Positions 50,583 to 64,000 of a stretch of DNA of 64,000 nt are shown piece after piece; the stretch's first letter is position 1; each line of letters starts with the position of its first letter. The notes under the pieces were generated by a model. That model had not been told where the DNA came from. It worked only from the letters and a program-made list of their open reading frames with translations, and ran no database searches. This stretch comes from Antedon mediterranea (taxonomy: Eukaryota > Animalia > Echinodermata). The stretch covers positions 7,254,001 to 7,318,000 of the forward strand of contig NC_092673.1 of NCBI RefSeq assembly GCF_964355755.1, written 5' to 3'. Both the position numbers and the translations under genes were made by a program.

Positions 50583-50711
50583 AGCTCTGTCTACACTATA
50601 AAACCAGTTTCACAAAAAAAAGTCTGATATCATATGGTAGTGATGTCATCGTGTCCATATGGAGACATCACATATTTTTGTCATATAAAGTTTGATAGTG
50701 TAGACAGAGCT
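50583..50711. mobile_element. PIF/Harbinger-type MITE family B, intact TIRs
   Basis: AGCTCTGTCTACACTAT ... ATAGTGTAGACAGAGCT perfect 17-bp inverted repeat, TAA/TTA flanks. Confidence 0.85.
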
Positions 50712-51222
50712 TTAGTAATTTTTATACAAGATTTTTATCTCAGTATTTTGATTTTTAGACAGTGGTTTGCTTTAACGGTGGAAAATTTAAAAAGGTGAAT
50801 ATTGGCATAATGGAAAACAAGCTTTGTTAGTGTTCTATTGCATTCTCTCTATCTGTACTATGCACGTAACAATGCAAATATTGTGTTAATTAAGTATTAC
50901 AGTAATGTATATAATTATAGAAGTTTAGTGATTCAGTTTGAATAATAGAAGCAATGTTAAAATATATGGACATGTTAATTATTAACTAATTATTAATTGG
51001 TCGTAATTATTAATTATCACTATGGTATAATTAGCCTTCAATTTACATACTAAGTTTCGTTCGCACTAGGACACAATCCAAGAACATAAGTGCAATGCAA
51101 GCGAGTTGACCAATTAAGTAAGTAGTACTGCATTTCAAAATGATCCAGTTGCAAGTTGTAAAAGTAATTAAAGTAGGACAAGTTGCTTACATTTATACAT
51201 ACAACTTTCAACAGAAAAGTTT

Positions 51223-51371
51223 AGCTTGGTTCCCACTAGGAAGCAATAACGCAACGCACAATGATTTGTCCAATCTCAAGCGATGGATTACTCGTCACGT
51301 GTGATTGGTCAACTCACTTGCGTTGCGTGTACGTCCTTGTCCTTACGTTGCGTCCTAGTGGGAACCAAGTT
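51223..51371. mobile_element. PIF/Harbinger-type MITE family A variant
   Basis: AGCTTGGTTCCCACTAGG ... CCTAGTGGGAACCAAG; further degenerate relics at ~19260-19360 and ~51055-51115. Confidence 0.8.
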
Positions 51372-52784
51372 TTAAGACATATTTTACTTAGGAATTTGAA
51401 AATTTGCCAATGGTTATATTCCCTCTGGTACAGTATTGCCATGGAGGTGATGTATTGGAAATATAAGCGATGATTGAAAAGTGAATATTAAACAACGTCA
51501 TGTATATATTTTAATTATGCTGTAGGTTCATTTACTAGACTTAAATAATTGTTTTTGGTCATATGAGCACTACTCAATAGCCCCGTTCGTAAATTCCCCT
51601 TTATTATTAATAATTTAGTGGTATTTTAGTATGGGCTGGTTAGTTTGTGAAATTTTAGCACACTTTGCTTACCACCAGTCTTGGAATCCTGATTCTGGAC
51701 AAATACTTGGATTTCTCATGGCCAATTGCCAACCTACCTGTCATACTCCTACTTTTATTTATTAAAACTTCAAATTGTTCCTCACGGTAACGATCAACGA
51801 TACTGTATTATAGGATACCTACCTAAGTCTAATCAAACGACGTAGTAATAGTTAAGAGCAAATGACGTCATTTGATTGAATTAAAAAAATACTAAAATTG
51901 TTATCCTATATAATAGTTCTAGAATGAAAACTACTATATTAAAACATCGTTATTTATTGTCGATACTAGGCCTATTTGTGTAGGTAGAACCTAAAATAAA
52001 CAAGTTACTAAAGACCCTCTCACCAGATCTCGTTTCCCATCCCTTCGATTGTATCCTGTTTTCGGGCCTCAATTAATGTTTACATGACGCCCATCAACAA
52101 CAATATTTTCAAGTGCGCGCGTTCTTACTGACGCGAGTAGAACATGATGAGTGTGATTCATCACATTTAATAATGCCAGTAACTGTCCTTTGATCAGATT
52201 TATGATGGAAAATTGTGGAATAAAAATCGAGGTGAAGGAAGATAAAGGTTTATAGTCACGTTTGCATTTGAATAAATATAATCAATTCTTATTAATAATA
52301 CCGACACGTGTTTCTAGAAAGAAAACAAAAATAAAAAAAGAAACATTAAATATACAAAAAAGCATGCTTCGTTATCGTTTGAGTGTTCTGTAGACGTGAT
52401 AAAAAGATTACAAGTAGTTACTTTAATTAAGAGTAAACATTGAAAAAATATTATACGACTAGGTCTATGTCATTTAGATTTAGATGTATTGAACCCGTTT
52501 AAATAGACAGACGTTGAGCCTGACAATGTCTATTTATAGGCCTACTATTATCATGGAGATCTCCATGCTATTATAGTGGTATAAAATGCATCTAAAGTGA
52601 AACGAAATGTAAGATTTCAATCTCTCTATGTACGTATTTGAAAAAAATAAAAATAATAAAAACATAGAATTCATTAATTTGTTTGTATCTTTTGTTTCAT
52701 CGCGTAAAAGGGGAGAAGGCCGCGTGCTATGTTACTTATAATGTATTTCTTTCATTCAAACTTCTCCAATTCACCCAGCTCTTT

Positions 52785-52960
52785 TCGCCGCAATATACGC
52801 CACCAATGCATCTGCTGCCTTCCACCACACCCCATGCATTATTCCGCTACCACCCCCACCCCCTATATTCCGCCACAACTGCCACCAATGCATCCGCTGT
52901 GTCCTATTCCGCCACACCCCCACGCACTATTCTGCCATACCCGCCATTCCGTCACTTCCA
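52785..52960. repeat. C-rich cryptic repeat (ATTCCGCCAC / CCACCAATGCATC motifs), probable transposon relic
   Basis: CCACCAATGCATC occurs twice and TATTCCGCY three to four times. Confidence 0.5.
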
Positions 52961-54462
52961 TTGACATACTCAATATTAATCCCACCTACTCTTATTCCGC
53001 CTGCTCATTTTAAAATATTGATGGAGGATGGAACGAACATTCTAAAGAACTAATAATGATAATACAAGGAGGAGAGAGGATTGCACGAAATATAAAGATA
53101 TAAGGCCTGTTCTAATAGCCAAAGTTCACAACACATTAATTCAAGGGACACCATTTGTGTTAATTGTGACCTAAATTACTGTAGTAGAAAGATGAACAGA
53201 ATATCGTTAATATTATCCCGTCCGCCGCGCTGCGAAATGGATGTTTTTTAAATTTTTATTTTAAATAATTCTTTTTTTTTTTCTTATGGGAATAAACGAA
53301 AGAAGGCTCCGTCCGCATGGGTTATATCCCCAAACCCTGCTTATCATGAGATACATTAATGATTAACAGTAATCATGCTAAATTATACAAGTAGGCCTAG
53401 GCCTACATTCGATAAAAATTGAACCGAACTGTTTTGAAAAGGCACCTGTTCAACACGCATTCAAAATTGACAAACAAATTTAGCCACCTATTATGATTTA
53501 ATAATACTCAAATCATGCATTTTATTTTAGGCTTGCCTACACGAACAAGGTGTGGGTACACTCCTGGAAGAAGGAAAAAACAGAAATATTAAAACATAAT
53601 TATCATCCACTAGCAATCGTATTCCTACGATAGACGGTTTTTAAAATATTTTTAAAATTGTATTTATATCCAAATTTTGATATAACAGAGAACGGTGTAG
53701 TTGTACTAATATGTTATACCTCCATTTTTTGATCATAAATTTTAAAAATACTTTATTCTGTAGTGTAATTCAAAATTGATTAAATAAAATATTTTTTGAT
53801 AATATATACGCAATTATGGTATTTTTTTATGGACCAGAGGTTCCGAAATAAAGATTGAATGAATAGTAAGATATCAAGATATTTCATTAGGTACAGTAAG
53901 TTTATTTTATTTATTTATTTGTTGACCATTATACAACTTTGTATCAGTGGCACTCACAATGTGCGGTGCGGTCCAGTAAGATAAGCCTACAGTAGTTGGA
54001 TTCTTACAGGCAAATGATAATAATACAAACTAAAAACATTTTCGAATAAACAGTATATTTTGATCAATCAAAATCAATTAGATATCACTTATGACACAAC
54101 TACCTGACAGATCGGTTAATATTTAATCATTTTTAATAAATTAGTATAGATTATATCGTAGACCGTGCACCTCCCACGCTTGAACAATTTTGAACCATGA
54201 TTGAACCAAACTCTTAAAAACTTGGGGGCAGTATGCAATAAACGTGTGTGTTGGTGGTGTGGACTTATCTTTCACAGTTCAGCAACTTAGCAGCAGAGAA
54301 CAGCGCAGCAGTATTTTGGTGGTAATTTTTACACTGCAGACGAAAGGTTTTGTTAGGAATTAAATCTGGTGTAGGGAAAGGAATACTACCAGTTTGGACA
54401 TTATATACATTTCATAAGGATGTAATATATTTGTAAATATTAGTTTTGAAAAACGAAGAAGG

Positions 54463-54475
54463 ATGTCGGAAAAAG
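54463..54475 (+). CDS. Probable first coding exon (MSEK-) of a fourth gene continuing beyond the window
   Basis: ATGTCGGAAAAAG|GTATGT strong phase-1 donor at the end of a 5'-UTR-like segment from ~54280, preceded and followed by CpG-richer sequence. Product not identifiable. Confidence 0.45.
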
Positions 54476-57400
54476 GTATGTATTTTTTAGCTCATTGATT
54501 GAATCACTCAGCTGGGCCAGGTTGATGTTGATTTTGTACTGGTGGTGAATGATTTGTTGATAAGGACCACACTGAAGAAAGGCCTTTTGTTCCCGTGGAT
54601 GTGGTTTGCCGTCTCTAAAATAGAACAGCCTAGCCTAATTGAACTGATTAGCCCAGGCTATAATTCAAATAGACCACGTCCACGTATATCCAGGCCTATT
54701 ATGACAATGCATAGTAGGGTTCATGCAAGTTAAGTGTTAACACATCTGAGGAAATAAAAAACTAAACAATTTCAGTAGTTTTTACGCTTAACGTCAAACA
54801 GTCATTTCTGGACATGCGTACAGTACTTGCATGTTTATGCGCAGAATGATTTTCGCACTTGGCAGTGCATTATAGTTGCTTGTTGCGGTAAAAACGAAAG
54901 GCCACAATGCCGTGTTTTAACACACGTGCGACGGGGAAAACTCCGTAAGCTTGGCTTTTTGCTGTGTCGGTCGTGGTTTTGTCCATTATGATTTCGTTTT
55001 GCTGGCTGGGGGTTCCCATAATTTAAGGCTAAACTATAATTTTCCGTCGATCATGTGTATTGGTATATTCATTTTTGTCCATAATTGAGATGAATTTCCG
55101 TTGTCTATTTCGTGCTTAGCTTACCTGGATAAACCAACAATAGCCCCTTCTCCTCGAAGAGTGAGATATAACTCGAAAAGTGGATGTTTTCATTGAATTC
55201 CCCTCTCCACAAATGGTATAGTCCATGAAATATGCCCTCAAGTGGGAGCCTGCCCACAAACCACCATCATCATTTCTTTTCGAGACATGAAAGAGTTAAC
55301 ATGTCTTCAAAGAGCTTGACACAGTTTTCTTGCTGTTGCAATTGAGTTTCAATACTGAGACTGCTGCTATATGAAGCTAAGTAGTTTTTCTTGGTTACAG
55401 AGATTCATAGAACTTTGAAATGTCAATAAAATGACTTTTAGCAAGCATTTTTGTGAATGTTTTCGCTTAGACCAACTGGCTAAAATGTTTGCGGTACCAT
55501 AATAGGTTTGTGTAGTATGTACTGTTATTATTATAGACTTTCCGTAGTACACACTGAACACTGAATGTTTGCCATTTAATCTTGCTCCTAATTTTTTTAA
55601 TACAGTCATTGGATAGAACTTTGATATTAGAGCTTTTAGATACAAAAACAGTACCATTTAAAACAACGAGACAATTTTTCCAATAAAAATATCAAGGTTT
55701 AGATACTAAATTTTATATCTTAAAATAGTTAAATTTCATGTTAGGCCTACTCTGTACTGTACCAATAAAGGTATTTGACATTTTAAATCAGAATTTACTG
55801 ACTTATGACAGATTTCGAATACACTTTAGCCAATTAAAGAAAATGGCATTTTTTCAGTTTAATAATGACAAATGATATGGCATTTGTCAGGATTACTACC
55901 TAAGGTATACTGTGCAGAAATATATCTAGCAAGGTTAAAAGGATTTGAATTGTAACAGCAAAAATCAACATTTAGTTTGTGGCTTTGTCAGATTCATGAT
56001 GGCCTTCGTGGAAAAGCTTTTTATCTTTGTTAAAACGAATTAGTTATTACTCATCAATTTTAATTGTTTGATTACTGCTTGGTCTAAAACAATAATCCAT
56101 AAAATTTATATAGATTATTTTTTAATTTTTTATAATTTAGTTGGACAATGGACAATAGAGAAATAAAAATAAATCTTTATGATAACACATGATCAGTAAT
56201 AGTTTACAGTATTGAACATGTAACTGTAACATACTGTAACAGTACAAGTACTGTATGTTTTACAAGCATGTTGGCCATTAGTATTGTACTTCTATTATAC
56301 AGTATTAATTATTTCAAGTGATTTAATAATTGATTTTATTTTGTTATACCCCCATTTCATAACAATAATAATAATAATAATAATATTATTAATAATAATA
56401 AGATTTATACAGCGCACATATCCACTAAAGTGCTCAAGGCGCTTGTGAAAAACCATGAAACATATTAACCTTAAACTAAAATACAATTGTTAAATTTGAC
56501 TAAAACCGAAAAAAAATAAACAAGACCAATCGAACCCACATCACTGCTTCCGTTTACCAGCAATTTAAGGTGCATAGACCAGCCAGTACATAACTCACAG
56601 GTGTTCTCAGTGATGTGGGTATCTAGCTAAACAAATTAAATCTTACAAATTGTCAAAAGCAGTAGACAGCAGCATTGAAAACTTCTTCAACTTGCCGCTA
56701 AAGTTTGTCTTTGAAATAAAAAATCATTACACTATTATATTTAATACCCATATGTTTAGACTGCTAGGCCGCTCAGTATATTCACTGACGTATTTTAGGT
56801 TACTACAGTATTAAAAAGAAAAGTTTTGTACCTGACTGAGAAACCTTAAAAACAAGTCTGATTAATATCTAAGTTATCTAGCAAAATGTAAGACACTCAA
56901 AACAAGTATTACACCAATTTTGGCAAATTACTGTAATTAATTCTTACAGTTACAAACAGTTGAATAAAAATTGGCAGATCAAGCCTGAAGTAGAGTACCT
57001 TTGCTAATATGCTAAATAAAAGAGTAAGACCACTGTATACAAATTATAGAAACGATTTGACATAAATAAATTGATACATTATAATTTTTATATTATTTAA
57101 TTTTATTTTCCCTCAGATGATTCATACCTAGATAAACTGTATTTTATATTCAATCTATTTTTGGTTAATAGTAATATCAATTGAAGTCAATATAATTACT
57201 TGGAATTACAGTATTTGACTATCCCATCCTTTCCGGAATATATTTTAAAATGTCTTGATTCATACAGTACATTAACAATATTACAATCAGTATGTTAAAA
57301 TTGAATTGAATTAAAAAAAAAAATAGTAAATAGTTAAGACCTATATTTTATGTACAGTACACAGATTTTTCGTTCCATAGATTGTACTCAAAGTGTACAT

Positions 57401-58540
57401 TAAATTACCAATGAAATAATCATTTTTTGTAATTTATTGCTTTATGTGAATTTTCCGGTCATTATCATCATTTATTTCGCCATCAACAAATACAAAAACG
57501 AAAACAGCTTAAACAAAGGTACAGTACGTACAGGTAAATCGATGAGGTAGGATCACCTACAGTAAATGTTAATGTCCCAAAGGTGTCTGGTTTTTTTGTG
57601 TTTTAAACACTGTACAAAACAGTCAGATATCTAAACGTCTTGACTCGTCGGTGCAGTCTGAGATAGTGTACCGTAGGTATAGGTTTTTAGGTCATCAAGA
57701 ACTTCAGGGCCTGGTTATACGATGCGGCCTGAGTTGGCATTAATACTATCAAGCAAGGTTTACAAGTTCAATTCTGGGGTTGGAACGATTTTGTTTTGTT
57801 TTGTTTAATTCATTTAAACTTTATTTTAACCATAGAGGCCCAGATCAACACGCGGTTGCTCTTTCCTGAGGTTTGTGCACATAAAAAATACAAATACAAT
57901 TTCAACAATGTTTTAACAATATTATGACAGTACAGTATATTTAATACAAGTTTTGATGAAGTTATGTTTAAACACCTTTGGTTACCTTCTGTTCTGTTTT
58001 TATTATTTTTTTAATGATACAATAACCTGAAATTAAAAAAATGTCAATAAAAATGATATGTTAAATAGATAAAAAATTATGTAATGTACTGTATCCCATA
58101 AGACAAGAATGGAACATTCAATAGTTGCAATATCAAGAAATTTATTCATACATGGCAACGGTCGACATGATGACAAGCAGTGAATAATCAGTATTAAATA
58201 ATCAATACTAAAGATAGAAGTAAAGTGCTGAATGAATGTACTGTACAGTTAGGATCCAAAATCCATTCTTTTCAAAGAAGGATATTGTCAACCAGTACGT
58301 CATACGATACATGTTAAGTACTGTCTGTTGATAGTTAGTAGATTTCTTGATTTTATTTTTAGTTTACTTTCCTGGAATACACAATTTACTATTATTAATC
58401 AAGTGGATTAAATTACTGAAATGTGAACGGCTACTAAAAAATAGCAAGGAAGTTATACTTTAGTTTGAAATCAAAGCAGATCTTTGAATGTTTTCGTATG
58501 CGGTTAAGTTAAAAAACATGCATGATGTATAGTGTACTAA

Positions 58541-58979
58541 GGGTCTGTTTTTGCTGCATAGCGCCGAATAAACCGATTATTTAAAAAATGTAATTTTTAT
58601 ATTGACTGCATTTCTGCTCAATTTTTTGCTCCAAAATAACCATTTAAATCAGTGAGTGGTGGTTGACAAAAATTGTTAGATTTGCCAAAAATGCAATTGC
58701 TCCTGGCGGTTAATTCAAACGTTAGTGCAGTGTAGTTGATTCAAGGTCAGCAGCTGTCAATCAAATAACCGTTATTTAGTGTTGCGGCTAAAAGTTGCTC
58801 AGCGATAACCAGTTAAATGGCGTTCTAACACCGAATTGAATGGGTATTTTTAACCGGTTATTTTGCGCTGCCTTTTAACCGTTTACCACAAAATTGTCCT
58901 GTTTCTGATTCTAAGAAAATGAAGTTAATTTATTCACACCGTTTTTAACCAGTTATTTTTATACAGCAGAAGCAGGCCC
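58541..58979. mobile_element. Tourist-like MITE related to family C
   Basis: TAA|GGGTCTGTTTTTGCTG ... CAGCAGAAGCAGGCCC|TAA; internal TAACCG/CGGTTA repeats; related relics at ~18114, ~41150-41525, ~62353. Confidence 0.75.
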
Positions 58980-60009
58980 TAATTTTGCTTTTAAATGAAC
59001 TTCCGTATTAAACATAACAGTAAATTTCAGGAACTAAAGTCTTTAGTAATTAAACCAAAGGGATCTACTGTATGTGTAAGTCAAAATATATTATAGGTAC
59101 TGTAACAAAATCCAAAATTAAAAACCGGGAGGTCACATGGTATATTTCAGCTGCGCCCATTATTTATTATTAAGAAGTACAGTGTGTGACGTGACAAGCG
59201 GTATCACGTGATGGCTATGTGAGAGGAATTTCGACCGCAGATGGTCATACAATGGTTTAAATATCGTAAATTTGCTTGTGTGTAAGCTTTTTTGTTATAT
59301 TTTTTAATGCAGAAACATATAGGCCTACAGGTACATAAAAATTCAGTTATCTTTGTAATCCTGGAGAAAATGTGGAAAACCGGAAGCATGACCATAGGCC
59401 GGGAGACGAGTCTAAAATACGGGAGTCTTTCGGCCAAAACATGAGTGTTGGCATGTGTGCAGTATACCAGCTACTGTACTGTGTCCATGTTTACAGCTGG
59501 TCGTGAAGAATTTCAATATTGGCAACTTTAGAATGGATCCCAAATATGACTTGAATTTTGTTGAATTAAATCTATAGGAACAGCTCTCCATTAAAAATTA
59601 ACAAAAACATACAAATCATTTTTTGTTTATAATATTAAATCATACATACAGAAACTGTACTGTAGTTTATTTATAAACAAGGAAATAAATATTAATTAAT
59701 AATAAATAAATAATTTCTCCATATATCATATGGATCTAGCTACTGTATGGTAAATAAAGCATAGCCAAAATATTAGTAAATTATTTTAAAAAATTAAATT
59801 GATCAGTCCAAAATACTCTATTGTCAAGTCAAGTATGCAATGTTTGTTCTTTAGGCTTTTATCTCTGCCATTTATTAAGGTTCAACGGTCTTGTGATAAT
59901 AAAATGCCACCAATTTGCCTAATCCATTGTGAATGCTATGCAAGCTACTTAGCGGCAGTTTTAAATCAGCACAAATCAAGCTACATGTACAGTAGCTAGC
60001 ACTTTCAAA

Positions 60010-60220
60010 ATGGAGGAAGTTAAAACACCAAAACTGAAGGATATAAAATTGAAGATAAGAACCCCTAAGCTATTGAAGGCTAGGCTTGGAGGTGTGCAAA
60101 CCCCCAAACTACTCAAAGACAGGCTAGGAATCAGAAGTGTTCATACTCCAGTAGGAGGCAGTTTGAAGTGGCCTAGCAGGAAACCTGATCTAGTGAAAAT
60201 ATGGACAAGAATGTCTGAAG
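60010..60220 (+). CDS. Candidate alternative first coding exon (70 aa, basic, TPK repeats) of the fourth gene
   Basis: AAAATGG Kozak context; protein-like ORF MEEVKTPKLKDIKLKIRTPKLLKARLGGVQTPKLLKDRLG...RMSE; donor AAG|GTAGGA in phase 1, the same phase as the 54463 exon. Confidence 0.5.
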
Positions 60221-63200
60221 GTAGGATGTCATTAGGGACAATTAGATGTGACATTTCAGCTCTTCAAGTTCACATACCAAGCCTTTCAGGGGTAGCCTCT
60301 ATCTACAGTATGTGCATATAAACCTCATTATCATCAGATCCATTTTGTCGGGATACTATTGGCAAAACTATCATTCATATTCATTTGTGAAGAAAACAAT
60401 TTTCTTTTTGATGTACTAACTGTACACTATTGTCTGTACACTAAAACAATACTGTGACACTACAAAAACAACAATTCTTATAATAATATTAATATTATTA
60501 AAAAAATTGTACTTTTTGTACTTTTTAAACAAGTTGAAAACAAGGCACAGTATCACAGTTTAGGTAATTAATAATAATAATTAATAATATTAAAGTTTTG
60601 TAATAATATATGAGATCGAGCTAAAAGACATTCGTTCCATGTTACTGTTGAGATTCATCATTAGGGACTTGAATGAACGTGCACGACATTCATGTCAAAA
60701 TGTCAAATCAAATTTGCCAGTCGCCTAGCGCGTGCATATCATAAAAATGAGGTAATAGGCTAGCAGTCGGCATAGTCGCAAGAAAAGTACCTATTAAATG
60801 TAATGTACATCAATACCTTAATTCAACCAATGGCTCAATGTCCTATCTGAAGGATGAGGCTAGAAGAATAGAAAGTTTCTTGTATAATGACACAACAAAC
60901 AGATCTGAGTTTTAAACTCTGCCTTATCACATTCCAATCCAATTTACCTTCCATTGCACCATACAGTTATAATTTTACCCAAAACAAGCTACTGTATGAA
61001 ACGTGCCAAAAAATATTCCACAGAGGTTTGTTGAAAAACGCATTCACAGTTACATAGTCCGCATACTACTATTAAAGTATACATTAATGTTATCAATTCA
61101 TGCACTATTTTTGAATATTTAATTAAATAGAATACACTTTGTTGGTTGTCTCAAGCAACATTTAAATTAATTAATTAATTGTGTAGACCATAAAACTATT
61201 GCTATATTTAAATGTTTCAAAATAAACTAAATTATCCAAAATTAAAACTAATATCATCCTGTTAATCAATTACATGACAAAGAGCTGTCAGAAATAAAGA
61301 CTTAAAGTGGTATCTAACATTCTTTTCTATTGTCAAGTGCTGTATTTATAATCTTTTACCAAAGACAGAAGTACCAATGAATTGTATAAATAGCAAATGT
61401 ATTGTAGTAAATTGTAATAACAAAGGACCTAGGAATGCTGTGTTGTCTGTCTCTAGTTGTAAGGCAAGGTTTCACTTTTGTTAAACAATAATGAGAATAC
61501 AATAGTACTGAACATGTTTAAAAAAAAAAGACTGGGTTAAAAAAAACACTAAAATTGCTGGAAAATTTAGAACAAAGTGAAAATAAAGGCCAAGTGATAA
61601 ATTTTACAGTCTATTTCATGCTTAGAACATAAACAGTTGTGAAAGAAATATTTTATTTAACAAAGTCTGAAAAATTTAGTACATTCCAGTTATTTTGAAA
61701 GTTTGACAAACTGTAATCATAAAGAACAGAAAAAAAATGTTGAGGATAAAAGAAAATCATCTGCAGGGCAATTCAAATTTTAAAAAGTGTAACAAAGAGA
61801 CATTTTAATTATTTTTCATTGGCGGATCCTGGGTGTTGCGCTAGGAACACACTCTCCTCCTTTTGACAGCTCAGTTTGTTAGTGTTCCCCATTAAACAAA
61901 CTCGACACTGCATGTATCATTGAAATATTTCATAACACTACTGACTGTATAGTGAAAATGACAAAGAATAAAACACATTTATGGTTAGAACAATATTTCC
62001 TGTTTTACGAAATACAAAAAAAGAAGCAAGACATTTAGTAAACAAAGGATTGCATTGTAAAAACTGCAATAAAATTAAGCTACAGGTATTAAATATTAAT
62101 ATTAATTGAATTACAGTATAAAATATGGAAATTGGACAATAACCACCAGAACAATACATATACCCATTATGGCCTGTACCATGTTAGAGTGACAATGTTA
62201 GGTGTCGGCTTGTTTTTAAAATCAATCTTTACAATTGAATTACAGTACATTTGTTAAATAAGTATAAGTTAAATAATATAATATCTATCTATACTATTTT
62301 ATGAAAACTACAATTAAGTTTTAAGTATAGTCAGCAGTCATTGTTTACTGTAGGGCCTGTTTCTATTGAAAAATCTTGCCGCTTTTATTAAAAAGATTCC
62401 GTTGCAGTTAAAAATGTTTTCATTTTTTAAATCACTACTTGACGATCGAAACCGGAATCAAAATATGTGGATCCATTTCTATTGGCAAGAAAATACAGTT
62501 TTAAATAAAATATGTTATTTATGTCGGTATTCTCTTGCGCAATAGAAACGGTCTCTTAGTGAATCTGTTTGGACAGTAGTCTTTACCAATGTTGAAAATG
62601 TGTGTTTGATGTGAAGTTGATATGAGATGTGTGCGGTATACAAATTAAATGTCAAACCATAAAATGGCAAATTTGCTAGTCCTGATTTTAAGGACTGAAT
62701 GATGCTTTTACCTGTTTACTGAAAGATAATACCAATACTTAAAAAAATATTTTACATTAGAATGAACTTTAGAGTTATAAACTGAATAATTCAGTGTGCA
62801 TTTTGTACGGGAAATAGTTCAACAATTGAATTATTATACAATTTGTTAAATCATAACTGCGTAAATTATGTACAGTTTATCAGGTTCAAGTGCAGACAAA
62901 CTACAGTATACTGCTTATTGTTTCAACCATAAACACATTCACAATTGATTTAAAACCAGAAACATCAATGGTCATTTTTGTACAATTACCACCATGCTCA
63001 ATACTAATATTCAGCACTTGACTCTCTGATTTTCAATTTCAAAATTTATATTTAAATACAGAGAGACTTATTTGAAACGCTGGCCATGAGACCTAACGAT
63101 TAAACTAGCTGTTTTGTTTCTGCTGAAATGAACAACAATACAAATTCAAATCACAGTTGATTTGGTCATAATGGTACAAGAACAATTAGGTCATTGTTAC

Positions 63201-64000
63201 TGTACAAGTTAAAATGAAATTACTAACGGTATGCGAGACACTTAATGACTGACTGCTATGTTTTGCTTTTGACCGTTGTGGTCCGTATCATGGCGATAAT
63301 TGCAATCAACCAATGGGGTGCCACATTTGGGTTTGATTATTTTTCCAATTTGAGGCTAGCACTTTACTGTTAGTAACTCTAACCATAGAGAAATAAGTTA
63401 ACTTATTTCTCTATGCTCTAACATTAAATGTTGGTCTACTTAATTTTACTTTTTACATTCATTTTCATATTTAAAAAAAAATATCTTACTAAAAAGGAAA
63501 ATTAACAGTTAGTAGTAAAAGATGAAAGTAAAAAAAAACAAAAAAAAATATTTCTTCATAGTATTTTGAAATGTTTTTTTATTTCTTCATATTTCTTAAG
63601 TGATCATTATAATAAGCATTAATCATACTTTTAGGATTATTACTATTAAAATGATTAAGAACATGTAAAGGATATATCAAATACCACAAATACTAGTGAT
63701 TAATTAATAAGTCACTTCATCGAAGGTCAGTTTGTTAATCATAATTATTAATAATAGTGGTAGTAATATTATTAAGATGATGAAACATTTTAATTGATTA
63801 CTTCAATTTGGGTTATTTCATCTTAATCGTGTACTTTACACTTGAATTTGAAAATGTTATATTAAGAGACAGAAAGACAAAAATTATTAAAAAATTTACT
63901 GTAAACATATACAGTACTACAGTACAGTAACCTTATATTCATTTTCAATTAATAAAAGTAGGCAGCATTTTTAGAAAAATTATTAAAATAAAAAGACTGT

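Noticed and set aside
52683-53013. Pro/His-rich ORFs
   Set aside because: Produced by a C-rich cryptic repeat; no splice sites or domain.
60221-60321. C-terminal part of the 103-aa ORF as a single-exon gene
   Set aside because: A good donor at 60220/60221 and loss of the repeat character afterwards suggest intron read-through; not fully excluded.

Overview
AT-rich genomic DNA from an invertebrate animal with spliceosomal introns. A deuterostome such as an echinoderm is suggested by Deu-domain SINEs and STXBP1-like intron positions, but that is inference. The ORF track is mostly uninformative because the exons are short, so genes were rebuilt by reading splice sites and frames by hand. Content in order: (1) a ~345-bp tandem repeat array at the left edge; (2) a degenerate repeat zone rich in minus-strand splice-like signals; (3) a two-exon minus-strand gene for an atypical non-RD, tyrosine-kinase-like kinase (483 aa, kinase domain intronless); (4) head-to-head with it, a complete 16-exon Munc18/unc-18/Rop (STXBP1-like) gene (586 aa); (5) a complete 13-coding-exon gene for a 567-aa protein with the architecture EGF - 7TM (GPR137/TOM1-like) - RING-CH - 2TM, a possible receptor fused to a MARCH-type E3 ligase and the most interesting item here; (6) the probable 5' end of a fourth gene with two candidate alternative first exons. 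Introns and spacers hold many non-autonomous elements (PIF/Harbinger-type MITEs, Tigger-like MITEs, Helitron and Helentron derivatives, DeuSINEs, a truncated LINE) and several minisatellites. No CRISPR, rRNA or true tRNA genes were found.
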